From Eledone cirrhosa (taxonomy: Eukaryota), in the NCBI GenBank assembly GCA_964016885.1, contig OZ024742.1, forward strand, positions 359,042,001 through 359,106,000: DNA of 64,000 nt, read 5' to 3'. Under the pieces are notes generated by a model, which worked only from the letters and a program-made list of their open reading frames with translations, ran no database searches and was not told where the DNA came from. The translations under genes were made by a program, and so were the position numbers. The stretch's first letter is position 1; each line of letters opens with the position of its first letter. Below are positions 41,249 through 55,711 of the stretch, piece after piece.

Positions 41249-42410
41249 CATACATATATACATACATATACACATATATATATGTATGCATGTGATGACT
41301 GCAAACTCTACTAAGAGTACTGCAATCGCTTGTCAGATTATAGTTTGGTGCACTTTTAGGCTACGACCAGCCACACAAACCTGTCAGATATCCTGAACAA
41401 GCAACGCTTGTGGCTTGAAGGGAAATTGTGAAAAAAATATATATACATACATGCATACATACACACATAATACATACATATACATATATACAGACATATA
41501 TGATGGCTGCCCCCTCGTTATCGAATATGGCCATTGCACGATATACCATTATTAATAATTATTAATTAATTCTATCGTGCAATGCCTGTATGACAAGATA
41601 TGTTTTAAAGTGAGGAAAGACTGTGCACTGAGCCAATCCCACTCTCTGAGCGAGAGTATCAATAACCCGAAAAGAAGAAAAGATCAACATCATCGGTAAT
41701 TACTGAGCCGCAGGTTTTATATCGGCGTTATCCCAGTTCCCTGAGTTGCCTTCTCCTAGAAGAATGCCCTGACAAAGGCTAGGCGTCCTTCACTCCCAGT
41801 GGTTTAACCGGGCGGTACATGTCTATATACATATTTACACAATATCCGATGGCCGTTGACTCTTAAGAGTTCTTCCGCCCTTTGTCAGGTTTTGTTTTTT
41901 GTCCAGCAGGGTGTCCAAAATCACCCTCCTCATCAAGTAAACTTGGTGGGGTTGCCGGTTTAGTCGGCGACGACCTGACCATGCGACAGGTTGTACTGGG
42001 TTACATGTTACCAGTAGCACTCAAGAGTGACCTGACATAGACATATATATATACATACATATATGGTGGCTGCCAACTCGTTTTTGAGTACGGCCACTAC
42101 TTTATATCTATGTAGGAGAACCCCTACCGATGCGCTGTACGAGTGTGACTTTTTAATCCAGCCAGCGGCTTGAAAACTCTGGTACAAACACTACACCTGT
42201 GACAATTATTGTCACATAGTGCTGGGCCCATGGTACCATGTGACGACAAGTGCAGAGAGATGTCCAGATATAAAGCAATGCTTGTGCCGTGAAGCAACTC
42301 TGATGGTATCCAATGATGTTGACTTGTTCTTCTTTTTGGTAAATATCATCTTGGTTAAGAGAGTGGGACTGGCTTTGTGCAGTGCCTTTGGTCACTATAA
42401 AAGCTTCACA
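40500..42410. mobile_element. Cluster of RTE-related non-autonomous elements separated by (ATAC)n/(TA)n (40500-40708, 40721-41150, 41501-41813, 41845-42036, 42063-42410)
   Basis: Four carry the GAGAGTGGGA(C/T)TG-like motif of the RTE 5' UTR and three carry RTE-type 3' ends (GGCAGCCAYCAT + simple repeat); 41845-42036 matches the far end of the 40721 copy. No ORF. Confidence 0.75.
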
Positions 42411-42455
42411 TACATATATGCATACATATATACATACATATATACATATATATAT

Positions 42456-42573
<118 letters not shown>

Positions 42574-43098
42574 TCATATATGCATACATACACAAATACA
42601 TAGATACAATTCCTGAATGACATTACCCCACATGAAATCTCTCTCTATTCCAGGTATTACTGCTAGGATACATTGTCGTCCATTAGTTGTGATGAGGACG
42701 AACTATCTACAATATTCTTCTTCCGTCTTAGTTTACGTTCCCCGGGTTTATTCTACCTTCAAATTTACACCCAGATGTAATATAGATGGATAGTGTGTGG
42801 CTTATTTAACGTGCTGATATAGGTTTATTGTTATAGATCCTAAGTATGTCTTGATATAGGTATCACTGGATATAGCACGACGTTATTTCTGTGTTTCTGT
42901 TCACAAATCCGATTATATATATATATATATATTCATTTGAAAAACTATTTTATGTTCGTAATATTTTGTCTCTCTATCTCTAATGTAGAATGTGGAAAGC
43001 TGCAACAGACACTGTAAAGAGATTCCATTTGATGATCTACCACTTCCACCAAGTTGACAACTCTCTATAAGTAATATATACCGTCCTACGTGCATGTC

Positions 43099-43135
<37 letters not shown>

Positions 43136-43541
43136 AGGAAGTTATAGTTCACTTGAAGCATTGTGTAATGAGGCATAAACGTTTGTATTTGTAAAGCCAA
43201 AACAATGCAGGTATGGACGTATAATAAAAAATGCAATTGCAAAAGATATTGTTGACAATTAGTTTTTACCTTAGATTTATTTAAATGTCGTTAATTTTCG
43301 AGATAATATCTCTTCTTCGGAGGGAAGTAAATCGGTTAAACCAGTCTTCTAAATAGCTTGCCAAGTCATGACTGCCTTGCAACACGTGGTAGAGAGAAGT
43401 AAATGTGTGCATGGGACAGAAAACTAGTGTCCTGGGTGGGATGAGCCGCTGGAAAACGCAGTGCAAAACAATTCAAATAAGGGAGCTCGACATAAACAGA
43501 GAGAGAGCTAGAGAAGACTGTTATTAGGAGCAATATATCAA

Positions 43542-43768
43542 AATAAATTAACTGAGCCATAAACTCGCGTTGGTCCCTGTAATTTATGAGCTCAAAGGAA
43601 AGAGAATCCTGGGCCCTTCAAGTATGATATATGGAAAAGATAATACATTGATAAACACGGAATCTCTCGTGTATTGTCTTTTCTATATATTATATTTGAA
43701 GAGCCCAGGATCTATCCTTTGAGCTTATATATTACAGGGATCAACGCGTGTCTATGACTCCGTTAATT

Positions 43769-43772
<4 letters not shown>
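43542..43772. mobile_element. Diverged fold-back; arms related to 48880-48962
   Basis: AATAAATTAACTGAGCCATA...AAAAGATAATACA versus TGTATTGTCTTTT...TATGACTCCGTTAATTTATT; ends in (TA)n. Confidence 0.75.
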
Positions 43773-43819
<47 letters not shown>

Positions 43820-43926
43820 TACACATACACACACACGCACACGCACGCACACACACGCACGCATATATATATATATATATAGTGACGAAACATAAGTCAA
43901 TTGCATGAACTCATAATCCTTTATTT

Positions 43927-43982
43927 ACTGCTATATATATTTCGATGATAGCCATTGAATGGCTATGACCTCATCAGGCAGT
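43927..43982 (-). ncRNA. Type I hammerhead
   Basis: Minus strand: ACTGC-CTGATGA-GGTc ATAGCCA ttcaa TGGCTAT cATC-GAAA-TATATA-TA-GCAGT. Stem I 5 bp perfect, strong stem II, palindromic stem III, AUA site. Confidence 0.88.
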
Positions 43983-44717
43983 TAGTCAGTTCTTAGATAT
44001 GACAGCTCTGTGTTTATAGTGTTGATGGTATCAGAGCCTTGGGACATATCTATATATATATTGTTATGTTTGGGAAGGGTTATATTGTTATAATATTGCC
44101 AGAAATAATAACAGAACACACTCACTGTTTGGTTGGTTTTCGCTTCTGTATCTTTTATATCTCCATAGTTAATTTATCTGGCAATCAATGTTTATCATTG
44201 ATTGACCATCGGTTAAAAATACAGATTTAAATATATATATATAGTCTATCAAAGTGGTTAGAGCATTGGGCCTTCAATCTAAAGGTTGTGAGTTCAATTC
44301 TCGGACCGGGTGATGTGTTGTTTCCTTGAGCAAGACACTTTATTTCATGTTGCTCCAGTTTACTCAGCTGTAGATGATAGGATTGGGGTCCCTATTATTA
44401 AATCACGCAAGACACCTCCAACGAGATATACCTTGGAGGAGGCCAGCTAAACCTGAATAGGTGTGAGCTGTCACACATACAAGTTACACGGATATGGAAA
44501 AAAACATTGTCGAGTAAGTATATCCAGAAAAGAACTTCTTGCACCTTAATAAACTAGGTGTTAGGTCAGAAATATTTACTAATCTCTACCACATTGATAA
44601 TTAATTACCGGGTGTGTAGTTCTATGATTATACCACCATCTAGTATATTAGATGATCTCTTATCATTTATTAGGAACAATCATGCATCCTTCTCATTAGT
44701 CACTTCTCTCCGAATCT

Positions 44718-45078
44718 AATAACTGTTTCTACTTTTGGCACAAGGCCAGCAATACCCCAGTGTATAACTGGTACTTTAGTTTATCGACCCCGTAAGCATT
44801 AAAGGCAAAGTTAACCTCGGCTGGATTTGAACTCAGAATGGCAGGGGCCGTAACTCTATGCGTCAAAGCATGGCGTCCGACCATCTACCGATACTAATAA
44901 TAACTGGTTATACTTTTGGCACAAGGCCAGAAATTATCTCAGTGTATTACTGGTACTTTATTTTATCGACCCTGTAAGGATGAAAGGCAAAGTTAAGCTC
45001 GGCGGGATTTGAACTCAGACCATAAAGGGCCGTAACTCTATGCGTCAAAGCATGGCGTCCGATCCTCTACCGATACTA
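44718..45078 (-). mobile_element. Tandem dimer of Nin-type SINEs
   Basis: Two head-to-tail ~180-bp copies. Confidence 0.85.
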
Positions 45079-45695
45079 ATAATAACATATCAACATCTGA
45101 ATATATATTCAACAATACTTCCTTGTACATTTCCAACACATTGTGTGTCACCATGATTACTTCCTTTGTAGCAGAATAGTTACATATAGAGTTATTCAAC
45201 AGAAACATTTCCACTCACTCTATTCTCCTTTAAGCATCAGACAGTTCTCTCAATATATACACTATTTCATTGTCACATTATGACATTTCTATATAACCTT
45301 TTATTCCTCTACTTTCTTCCCTCTTGTGTCAGCAATTATTTATATTTCTTGCCCTTACCATATAAAACTATTTTGAAAGGTTGTTTTAATGTTTTAGTTC
45401 TATATGCTATACACTTACCCTCACAATAACAACGACACTCACCATCAGTGTTTGGATATAATGGGTTATGCAACCAATGTACAGAATTATATAACTTATG
45501 GCTATCGCAGGAAGAGGTGGAGATTGGTAATGTTATGAACTAGGAACTCAGAATGTGTTATCATTGATGGATTTCATCATATACATGTGTGTCGAGTCTT
45601 GTGTACCTATGTATGAATAATCGATTGACAAAGAAGGTGTACACACACGCATGCACACACATACACACACAAACACACAAACACACACACACACA

Positions 45696-45755
<60 letters not shown>

Positions 45756-45899
45756 AGAGAGAGAGAGTGTGTGTAATTCAGTTCAAATACGAAACAGATT
45801 TATATATACATATATATATATAGGTAGAACACTGGAAGGTAATATCCGTAGTGGTAGAGCACTCAGTCCATGGGACGAGTTAGGTTGATGTGGTAATAT

Positions 45900-45981
45900 A
45901 ACAGTTAGTTCACCATACCGAGAACAATGGTTTCACCTTATAAGGTGAAACAATTGTTCTCGGTATGGTGAACTAACTGTT
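45900..45981. mobile_element. Near-perfect 82-bp palindrome containing the 3' half of an HHR
   Basis: AACAGTTAGTTCACCATACCGAGAACAATgGTTTCACCTTA|TAAGGTGAAAC-AATT-GTT-CTCGGTATGG...; the axis lies in the stem II region. Confidence 0.75.
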
Positions 45982-45991
45982 GTGGTACTAC

Positions 45992-46044
<53 letters not shown>

Positions 46045-46088
46045 CGTGTGTGTGTGAGTGCATATACATATATATATATAAATCTGTG

Positions 46089-46131
<43 letters not shown>

Positions 46132-46586
46132 TGTGTCTGTGTGTATTTATATCATGTTTAATATAGAAATAGCTTCTACAGAACTAGAACTATTTCATGC
46201 AAAATAAATAATTTTTTTAACACTGTCAACAATATATATTTTGTGATTCTTGTAGCTTTACTTCCGAAACCTTGATAAATTCATCTCTGTAAAAATTACA
46301 CAAGGAAACCAAGCAAGACACGGACAAGATGCAAAAATAATAACACAACGTGCCATAGAAAACCAGCAGTCAGCTCCAATAAATATTTTGTTGAAGTTTA
46401 GCTTCATATTCACCATAGTTAAATATGAGTATGATCAGAGGCGTTTTCGCTGTGATAAGCATTTTAATCAGAAATTATATATGAAGGACCAGGTTCTCCA
46501 GAGATTTAATTGGTCAATTTCCCTGGAAAGGTAGCCGTATGTAGTATTTCTTGTTGTTTTATATATTTTATGGAACTGATTCCTTA

Positions 46587-47388
46587 GGGCAGTGGATTGA
46601 CAGTATCGGTAGTTAGTGGGACACCAGGTTTCACAGCATGGTGCTGCGACACTTTGCGTTTTGAGTCCAAATCTCGTCGTGGCTAGCTTTGCCTTCCATC
46701 CTTACGAAGTCGGAAAAATACAGTAGCAGTAATATAATGGAGTTGATTTAATCAACTTAACATTCAACAGTAATTGTCGGCCTTGTGCCTAAATCTGAAA
46801 GTATTATACAGATTCTTAAGATATTCCCCAGACAATACAGCACCATGTTAGATTGATGTTTATATAACAAACATGTAACCTGGACATTGATCAAAGTCAA
46901 TATTAATCTCGAAATAGAATAGAAATGGTTTGTTCACCAAGGCAGTCCTGTTTTCTATTTCCAGTTATATATTGCCATAAAATGTCAGACAGCAGGATTA
47001 ATTTATATAACATTACAGAATTATCCAGGAAATCTAAAACACACAACACAACTATCAGCAACGTGGTTTTCATTCGAGGTTTCTTGAAACATTACAGATG
47101 AGACATCGTATCTGCGATAAATTTTTTACATGATAATAATGTAAGTCAAAGCGGTGAATTGGCAGAATCGTTAGAACCTTGTAGAAATTCCTCTGCGGTG
47201 TTTGTTAAGCATGTCTCTGCTCTGAGTTCAAATCCTGCCAATGTCAGTTTTGTTTTTCATCCGTTCGTAGTCGATAAAAACATACCAGTCCAGTACTAAC
47301 ATCGATTCTTTCTCTATATCTCTTTCTCACCTGACTCTGTCACCACCTCTCTCTTTACTCTCCCTCCCCTCTCTCTCTCTCTCTCTCA

Positions 47389-47429
<41 letters not shown>

Positions 47430-48008
47430 TCTCTGTCTTTTACTTGCTCTCTCCCTCTCACTTACTCACTCTCTCTCTCTCTTACTCTCTTTCTGTTTTA
47501 ATAGATATAAAACTCATATTCGTAACAAAGTATATATACTAAATTCTATGTAATTCCGTTAACTTAATAATTTTCTGTAAATATTTTCAATATTTGATGA
47601 AACTATTTGAATGTACAAAATGTTGTTCTCTACTAAAATTTGAACTACGTCTCTTTCTTAACTATATATTTAAAATGTAAAATCAACATCCTTCGTAATA
47701 TATATTGAAAATGTAAACAAATTAAGTGTTTATATCTATTAAAAATAACAGAATATATAATCACCAATGATATATATTTTAACTATATAGCTATTTATAT
47801 ATTTATAACCTGGTATAATATAATAAGATAAAGGGTATTTACAACCATAATTCTTCATATAATCTAAATATAATTGTTTCTACTTTTGGCACAAGGCCAG
47901 CAATTACCCAGTGCATTACTGGTACTTTATTTTATCGACCCCGTAAGGATGAAAGGCAAAGTCAACCTCGGCGGGATTTGAACTCAGATCGTAAAGGGAC
48001 GTAACTAT
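46587..48008. mobile_element. Three Nin-type SINE copies (46587-46800 plus, 47150-47300 plus, 47870-48008 minus)
   Basis: B-box and GTCG(A/G)TAAAA-like blocks recognisable in each. Confidence 0.75.
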
Positions 48009-48270
48009 AATCTAAATATAATGATTATATATATAATATTATAACTCATGCTTTAGTTACATTTTAAATTTCTTGATTGATATTCTACCACTTCAACAAA
48101 CTTTTGATTTTTAACGTTTTAATTTGTAAATTCACGTATAATTTAATATAAGCTTCTCTTTCTTCTTCATATATATATATATTTATATATAATAATTATT
48201 ATTTAAATCTACATAGCGTCTAAAAATAACGATTTTTTTCAGCCTAAAGCTTCAACTTCATTTGCATATA

Positions 48271-48311
<41 letters not shown>

Positions 48312-48352
48312 CGTTTCTGAATTTGTTTAGCAACATGACCCTCCCAAAGTAT

Positions 48353-48410
<58 letters not shown>

Positions 48411-48415
<5 letters not shown>

Positions 48416-48880
48416 ATGTTGAAAAGGTAGCACACCAGAGAGAGATATACAGTTCGCTATCAATAAAACAGGGAAAAAAACTATCAGTGTATGGAATCTA
48501 TAACCTATGAAAGGCAGACTACTATAGACACGATAATTAAAAATATAAATTAAAGCGTAAATAAATACCTCTATAACTATATAACACACGTACAAATCCA
48601 AAGATATGTTTCACTAAAATGTATAGCCTTACACACGCTGATGAACCGAGACTAGACCATTTCTTTCAACAAATTTTTGGTGAAACATATCTTTGGATTT
48701 ATACGTGTGTTATATAGTTATAGAGGTATTTATTTACGCTTTAATTTATATTTTTAATTATCGTGTCTATAGTCTGCCTTTCATAGGTTATAGATTCCAT
48801 ACACTGGTGGTTTTTTCCCTGTATTATTGATAACGCACTATATATCTCTCTCTTGTGTGTTACCTTTTCAACATATTGTA
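48411..48880. mobile_element. Fold-back (arms 48411-48620 and ~48672-48880) in (TA)n
   Basis: Arms of about 205 bp with few differences. Confidence 0.9.
48631..48710 (+). ncRNA. Type I hammerhead spanning the fold-back centre
   Basis: ACACACG-CTGATGA-ACC...GGT-GAAAC-ATATC tttg GATTT-ATA-CGTGTGT. Stem I 7 bp perfect. The mirror arm has the canonical GTA but is cut inside stem II. Confidence 0.8.
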
Positions 48881-48961
48881 TTTTAAAGAGCTCAGGATCT
48901 CTTCTTCTTTGAGCACATTATTTACAGGGAATAGCGAGGGCCTATACCTCCGTTAATTTAT

Positions 48962-49045
<84 letters not shown>

Positions 49046-49048
49046 TTA

Positions 49049-52000
49049 TTAAAATAACAGATTAAAGTTTAAGCAAAGAATCGCTGCTTTCACCCTTAAC
49101 GGGATCTTCTGAAACTAACAAAGTCAATATGTAAACGCAAAAGTGGATATTTCAAAAAACGTTGCGACCGGAGAAAGACAGGAAGACGATACTTTGGTTC
49201 GTGGAAACGTTCCCTGGCAAAGAAAGGGAAAAACCAAATATAATACGTCATTAATAGGAGCGGTGAAAAACAATTACGCGCAAAGACAGAACCACGTTTA
49301 TGGTATAAAAGAGGTCGTAGACTAATGTTCTCTTAGGTGGTTCATAGAGACGTTATCTGGCAATGAACGAAAAAAACGAAGATAATACGTCATATGTGGA
49401 GCGTGGAGAACAATAGCACGCAAAGACAAAACCACGTAAATGGTATAGCAGAAGTCGTAGACAAAATTCTAACTAGGAGACGGAATGAATCTCCGCTTCA
49501 GAGTTAAGAATAAAGTAAATAAAATACAATACAGAGGTAATAGAAAATAAATAAATACATACACGCATACAAATACGTAGATACACAAGCATACGCGAAA
49601 ACACTTACCATAGGTATACAAAACCACGCACATATAAATATGTGTGTGTGTGTGTGTGCGTGTTTACAAATAAATAACTAATTAAATAAACGTATATAAA
49701 TAAATATATACGTATATAACTAGCGCACACACATACCTACATGTAAATACACAAATGTTCGGAGACGTATGTCAACCAAAACATGAAGTACACATATAAA
49801 CACACCCTACATACGTACGAACCTGCATACTCACACAGACGCAAAACTCCCGTAAACACATAACCAAACCATATGTACCAGAATATATAAAATTATACGC
49901 CATAACATATACAATCAAATATATGTACGAGAAAGTATACGTACCTTCACAAAACATACAGGTAATATATACTTACCTATGCAAATAAGTAATGGTTTAA
50001 ACAAAACATATACTTAGCTACCACATCAAGACGTAAAATATCCACGTATAGATCGTACCATCCGTTAGGGTATAACGTGGAGCTGTAATACAGGAAAGTT
50101 ATGTGCAATTTATGTTTACAAGCCGAAATTGCCTCAGATTTTTTGTTTAAGATGTGGTCTGTGGCGTAGAGTATTTCCAGGCCCTCAGCGGCGCAGAGGT
50201 CACATGGTCTTTTATTTCCGTTATACGATCTAGCCCTAGCTAGAATCTCCCAGTGTAACTTATATTAGGTGTGGTTGTCTTTTAGACTCCAGATATAAGC
50301 TGAAAGTGACGTCATATTCCTTCTTAGAGGGTAACGAAAAGAATGGGTATGCATGTAAAGACGCTGCTTGAATCTATTGGCGGTTAACCCTATGTAGGCC
50401 CTACGGGACGTGGGTGTTTCAACCTTACATATGTAGACAATGTTACTAGAGAGGCATTTCCCGGATAGGGGGCAATCAACCAGATTCCTACAATTACAGT
50501 TAGTAGTTCCTCCGGCTAGGTAGTTTAGCTAAATTTGAAGCTGTGATGTTATGTGCAAGGATAGGAGTCGGAAAGTAAGAAATGTTAATAGTATTTCTAT
50601 TAAAAATGTTACTATGGTGGGTTATAGCAACAAATACGACGGGATCTATTTCTTCTAGGTCTATTTTCGTACTCTGTATATGCTATCTTATCGACAAATC
50701 CACTCCGAGCAAGAGCTTCATTGTAATAAGTTAAATGGTCGTTGAAAATATGCTCGTTAGTAGATAGACGGGAAAGCCTCAACGAAACGTTTCTTACCAG
50801 GTTCTTGGTTATGCTGGCAGGATGGTTGGATTGCTTACTTATGTAATTAAGCGTATCATTCGGCTTTCTATACGGGTAATACAACCCATTCGATAAATTG
50901 AGGGTAACGTCGAGGTAATTAACGACCGAGAGATTGGCCTCAACCTGTATAGAGAGGTTGAAACCTTTAAAGAAGGCTGTGAGTTCTTTTATGAACCTGT
51001 TGCAAGCACGAGGTCCGCACTTAGTCATGGTCAAAAGATCATCATCACGGTACAAACCACCGCCCGCTTTGGGGAATTCGTCCTTGATAGAGAAAAGAAG
51101 GAAAAGGCCGATAAGATCAGTAACCTCCGCAGAATCGCTGGCGCCCATACTCACGTCGAATGGGATACTATTGGATTTTTGAATCCAAATAGAGACCTCG
51201 AAATTAATCACCGACTTACGGGCATTGTGGATGATATCAACTTCGAAATCCTTAACCATGTGAGTGTTTTAGAAAAATGGATAGCTCTAAGGAGAAGTGG
51301 TAAAGTGATGGAGGAGTAGTAATTGTTGATGGCGAATTGGATAAAACAGCAATGTTCCTTGTTACATATGCTGTTGAACCAATCAATCAACGCGAAAGAA
51401 TTGTTCCACAGTGCAAGAGGGGCCAAACTTCTAATTTCAGGTATAATTCTATCAGGAATCGTTTTACTAAGTCTACCTAAATCGGACTTCGTAGGGTTAA
51501 TAAGCCGAATAGCGGGGTTGTTCGGAAAATTGGATTCGTGATCCTTCAGGGTAAAGTGGGGAGAAATAGGGTCCAGAGGTTCGGTCTGGTCCAGGATGTT
51601 GAGATCAGATGTGATTTTAAACCCAGCATCGTTGATTTCATTGATGACGCACCGATTAGTTTTACGGTAATCCTTAGTTACAGCATTATGTAGTAGTTGA
51701 TGGTAACTACTGCGCTCCATTTGATATAGGTTGCCAGTTTTGTCGGAATGGACGTGCACGGCATTAGAATCCTTAATAGAACAAATTCTATTCTTCAGAT
51801 CCTGCTGGAAAGAATTGCTCCTATTCCGAAATTTGATACTCCGTATGAGTTCCAAGACATCATTTTCGAAGGGTAGCAATGCTGGGTTACACGGGGGGTT
51901 TTTATCAGTTTTAAACCCAAATTTATCCTGCTTGTTGTCTGCTTTTCGCGCATTATCGAAATAAAAGGCTCGCCAACGCAACCTTTTAATGAACGCGTCT

Positions 52001-53017
52001 GTTTTCTGTATCAGGAGTTTTAGGTATGTTTTCCTGCTTGGTATGGGTATGCTCTTTGTAGAAATATTCAGATGTTGTTTCTGCATGGTGAATATAAGTC
52101 AATAGAGTAATAATAATAAAATTTCAAGACTAAGATCCAAAGAGGGCTCGATAAGGATAAATATATATTAAATATATAAGAACCGTAGAGCAAATATTTC
52201 TTAAAATAACAGATTAAAGTTTAAGCAAAGAATCTCTGCTCTCACCCTTAACGGATTCTTCTGAAACTAACAAAGTCAATCTGTAAACGCAGAAGTGGAT
52301 ATTTCAAAAAACGTTGCAACCGGAGAAAGACAGGAAGACGATACTTTGGATTGTAGAAACGTTCCCTGGCAAAGAACGGGAAAAAACGAATATAATACGT
52401 CATTAATAGGAACGGTGAAAAACAATTACGCGCAAAGACAGAACCACGTTTATGGTATAAAAGAGGTCGTAGACTAATGTTCTCTTAGGTGGTTCATAGA
52501 GACGTTCTCTGGCAATGAAAGAAAAAAACGAAGATAATACGTCATATGTGGAGAGTGGAGAACAATTGCACGCAAAGACAAAACCACGTAAATGGTATAG
52601 CAGAAGTCGTAGACTAAAATCTCCGCTTCAGAGTTAAGAATAAAGTAAATAAAATACAATACAGAGGTAATAGAAAATAAATAAATACATACACGCATAC
52701 AAATACGTACATACACAAGCATACGCGAAAACATTTACCATAGGTATACAAAACCACGCACATATAAATATGTGTGTGTGTGTGCGTGTTTACGAATAAA
52801 TAAATAATTAAATAAACATATATAAATAAATAAATACGTATATAACAAGCGCACACACATACCTACATGTAAATACACAAATACTCGGAGACGTAAGTCA
52901 ACCAAAACATGAAGTGCACATATACACACACCCTACATAGTACGAACCTGCATACTCACACAGACGCAAAACTCCCGTAAACACATAACCAAACCATATG
53001 TCCCAGAATATATAAAA
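49049..53017 (-). mobile_element. Penelope-like element with tandem (direct) pseudo-LTRs, 49049-~49890 and 52201-53017
   Basis: ~820-bp direct repeats flank an RT + GIY-YIG region; 3' end abuts (TA)n. HHR-like motif in each pLTR (49066-49116 and 52218-52268). Confidence 0.92.
50085..52086 (-). pseudogene. Frameshifted PLE RT/GIY-YIG ORF
   Basis: ORFs 51208-52086 and 50612-51259 (SDKTGN, LKDH, RLINP, MGASDSAEV, LYRDD, YLDV, YRKP, SNHP). Downstream, read by hand, CPLSGKCLSSNIVYICKV...AYIGLTANRFKQR and LNKKSEAISACKH. Confidence 0.9.
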
Positions 53018-53771
53018 TACAGGCAAAACAGTTATAAGCAAGGAAAATTGGTGTATAATGCAGGAGTCAATACAGTCAATAAGGCATGTATGAGGAAAGA
53101 GTTATACTGCAGTTGAAATAAACATATTTTGTGTGGGGGTTAAAGCATGTTATATTTGTTATAAATGTTTAAGATAGTGTGCAATTTGTTAGAGAAGCAT
53201 GTGGTGATAATGTAGGTATTTGTTATTTAAGGTGTAATGCAAAGCACGTGATAAAGTTGGATATGTGATTTTCATTTAAGTGTTTTTGTGTTGTAGTTCG
53301 TATGTATGTGTATGTGTTGTTTGTAACTCACAGCCATTAACCATGGGATTATTTTGAGTCGTTTATAATCAATAGGTGTTTGTTTGTTAAATGTAAATTC
53401 CACCGAATTACTGGCCATGTTGTTATAGTAGGTATATTATCTTATACATTTTATATCTACAAATTATCTTTTCTAGGGTTTGTATTAACCGTTATTAAGC
53501 TGTTGGTAAACCGTTAGGTTGCTTAATTTTATAAGTTTACACAGGAAGTTGTAAAGGGGGTTAATAACAAAGATAGGTAATTAAGGTTGTTAATAAATTA
53601 AGGGTTGTTTTAATATTGTAGTAATGTTAGAAATTATTCTTTATAGAGTATATAATATATTATTGGTTATATAATTGTTATCTTTTAAACTTGTGCGGAG
53701 GGAGTTAAACACATTTAAAAAATTATTTTATAATAACTAGATAGTTTTTACATAGTTCGTATATGTATATA

Positions 53772-53963
53772 TAATTGTTTCTACATTAGGCACAAGGCCA
53801 GCAATTACCAGTGCATTACTGGTACTTTATTTTATCGACCCTGTAAGGATGAAAGGCAAAGTTAACCTTGGCGGGATTTGAACTCAGAATGGCAAGGGCC
53901 GTAACTCTATACGTCAAAGCATGGCGTCCGACCCTCTACCAATACTGCCAATCCACCGCCCTC
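53772..53963 (-). mobile_element. Nin-type SINE, full length
   Basis: Complete head GGGCGGTGGATTGGCAG to tail on the minus strand. Confidence 0.88.
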
Positions 53964-54009
53964 AGTTTATATGTATATATAATATAAGGTATGTACATAT
54001 GTGTGAGAA

Positions 54010-54448
<439 letters not shown>

Positions 54449-55711
54449 CGTTTCTCAATTTGTTTAGCAAGATTCTTTATCTGAGATCGTGTGTTGAAAC
54501 CGATATTGTTATACTTTGGGAGGGTCATGTTGCCAATAAGAAACACACGCACCAGTTGCTTTCATTTCAATTTATTATATATTTACAAATTTACAAGTTT
54601 ATAAATTTCTGGTTGGTTGGTTGGTTCCACAACCAGATAGTTGTTTATATATAGTCATAGTCCTTTCGTCACACACTCTGTGACCTCTTCAGTGACTGGG
54701 GATTCCTTTCTTTGTTTCTGTGCCTTTCCTTTCTTCTGTCCTACGCCATTTTGTTTCTGTGTGTGTGTTGTGTGCTCAGTTTGCGTATGCGCCACATCCG
54801 GGTGTCTGTGTGTGTTTATGTTCATTTATCTATTTGTTTATTTATTTATTTATTTATTTATTTACATGTTATTGGTTGGTTGTTTGTTCTATGTGTGTGT
54901 GTGTTTTCATTTTGTGCTTAATTGTAAGTTGTGATGTTGCTGTTCCACTCATATTTTCTATTTAATTTTGTTTGTAATTCTTTTATGTTTATTGCCTCTG
55001 TAATTTGTCTAAACATTGCATCTTTTCTGTGTGTAGATTCTATTTTTATTTCTATGTTCTCTAATTTACCCTTGTGTTCTATCTTAGCTTGTTGGTAGAG
55101 TACAGATGATTCTTTATTATCTTGAAGGTCTCGCCAGTGTTCATTTATCCGTTCCCCTATACTACGAGCTGTCTCACCTATGTACACTATATTTTTGTTT
55201 CTACATTGTTCTTCAGTACATCTTATGCTATACACTACATTTCTAGTTTTACAGTTAATATGGGGGCTTATTTTACAGGTTATACATTTCTTGTCTATAC
55301 ATGAGGGTCTTTGAAACGGGTATGTCTTGCTAATAAGTGTTTTTACGGAGGTACCTGGTCTTTCTACTATCTTAATATTGAGTTTATGTTTATTTAGGGC
55401 CCTTCTAAATTTGTAGGCTAGTTCGCCTCTAGGGGTTGTATCGATGAACATTACACTCTGGTATTTATTGCTATCATACCATGAGTTTATTCTATTAGCC
55501 TTGTTCCTAGTTCTTTCTATTCTATTCCAAAATTTGCTCCTATACAAGGGGCAGGTCCCATTTATGTCATTATTTACCGTTTTCATTATTTACCGTTTTT
55601 TCCCATTTGGTTCTGGCTCCTCTATACACTCTGATTCTATCTCTCTGATTGTAGCCAGAGAACTGCATACGGTGGATGAAGTGTTGTATGTGTCACTCTA
55701 GTTCTTCGGGG

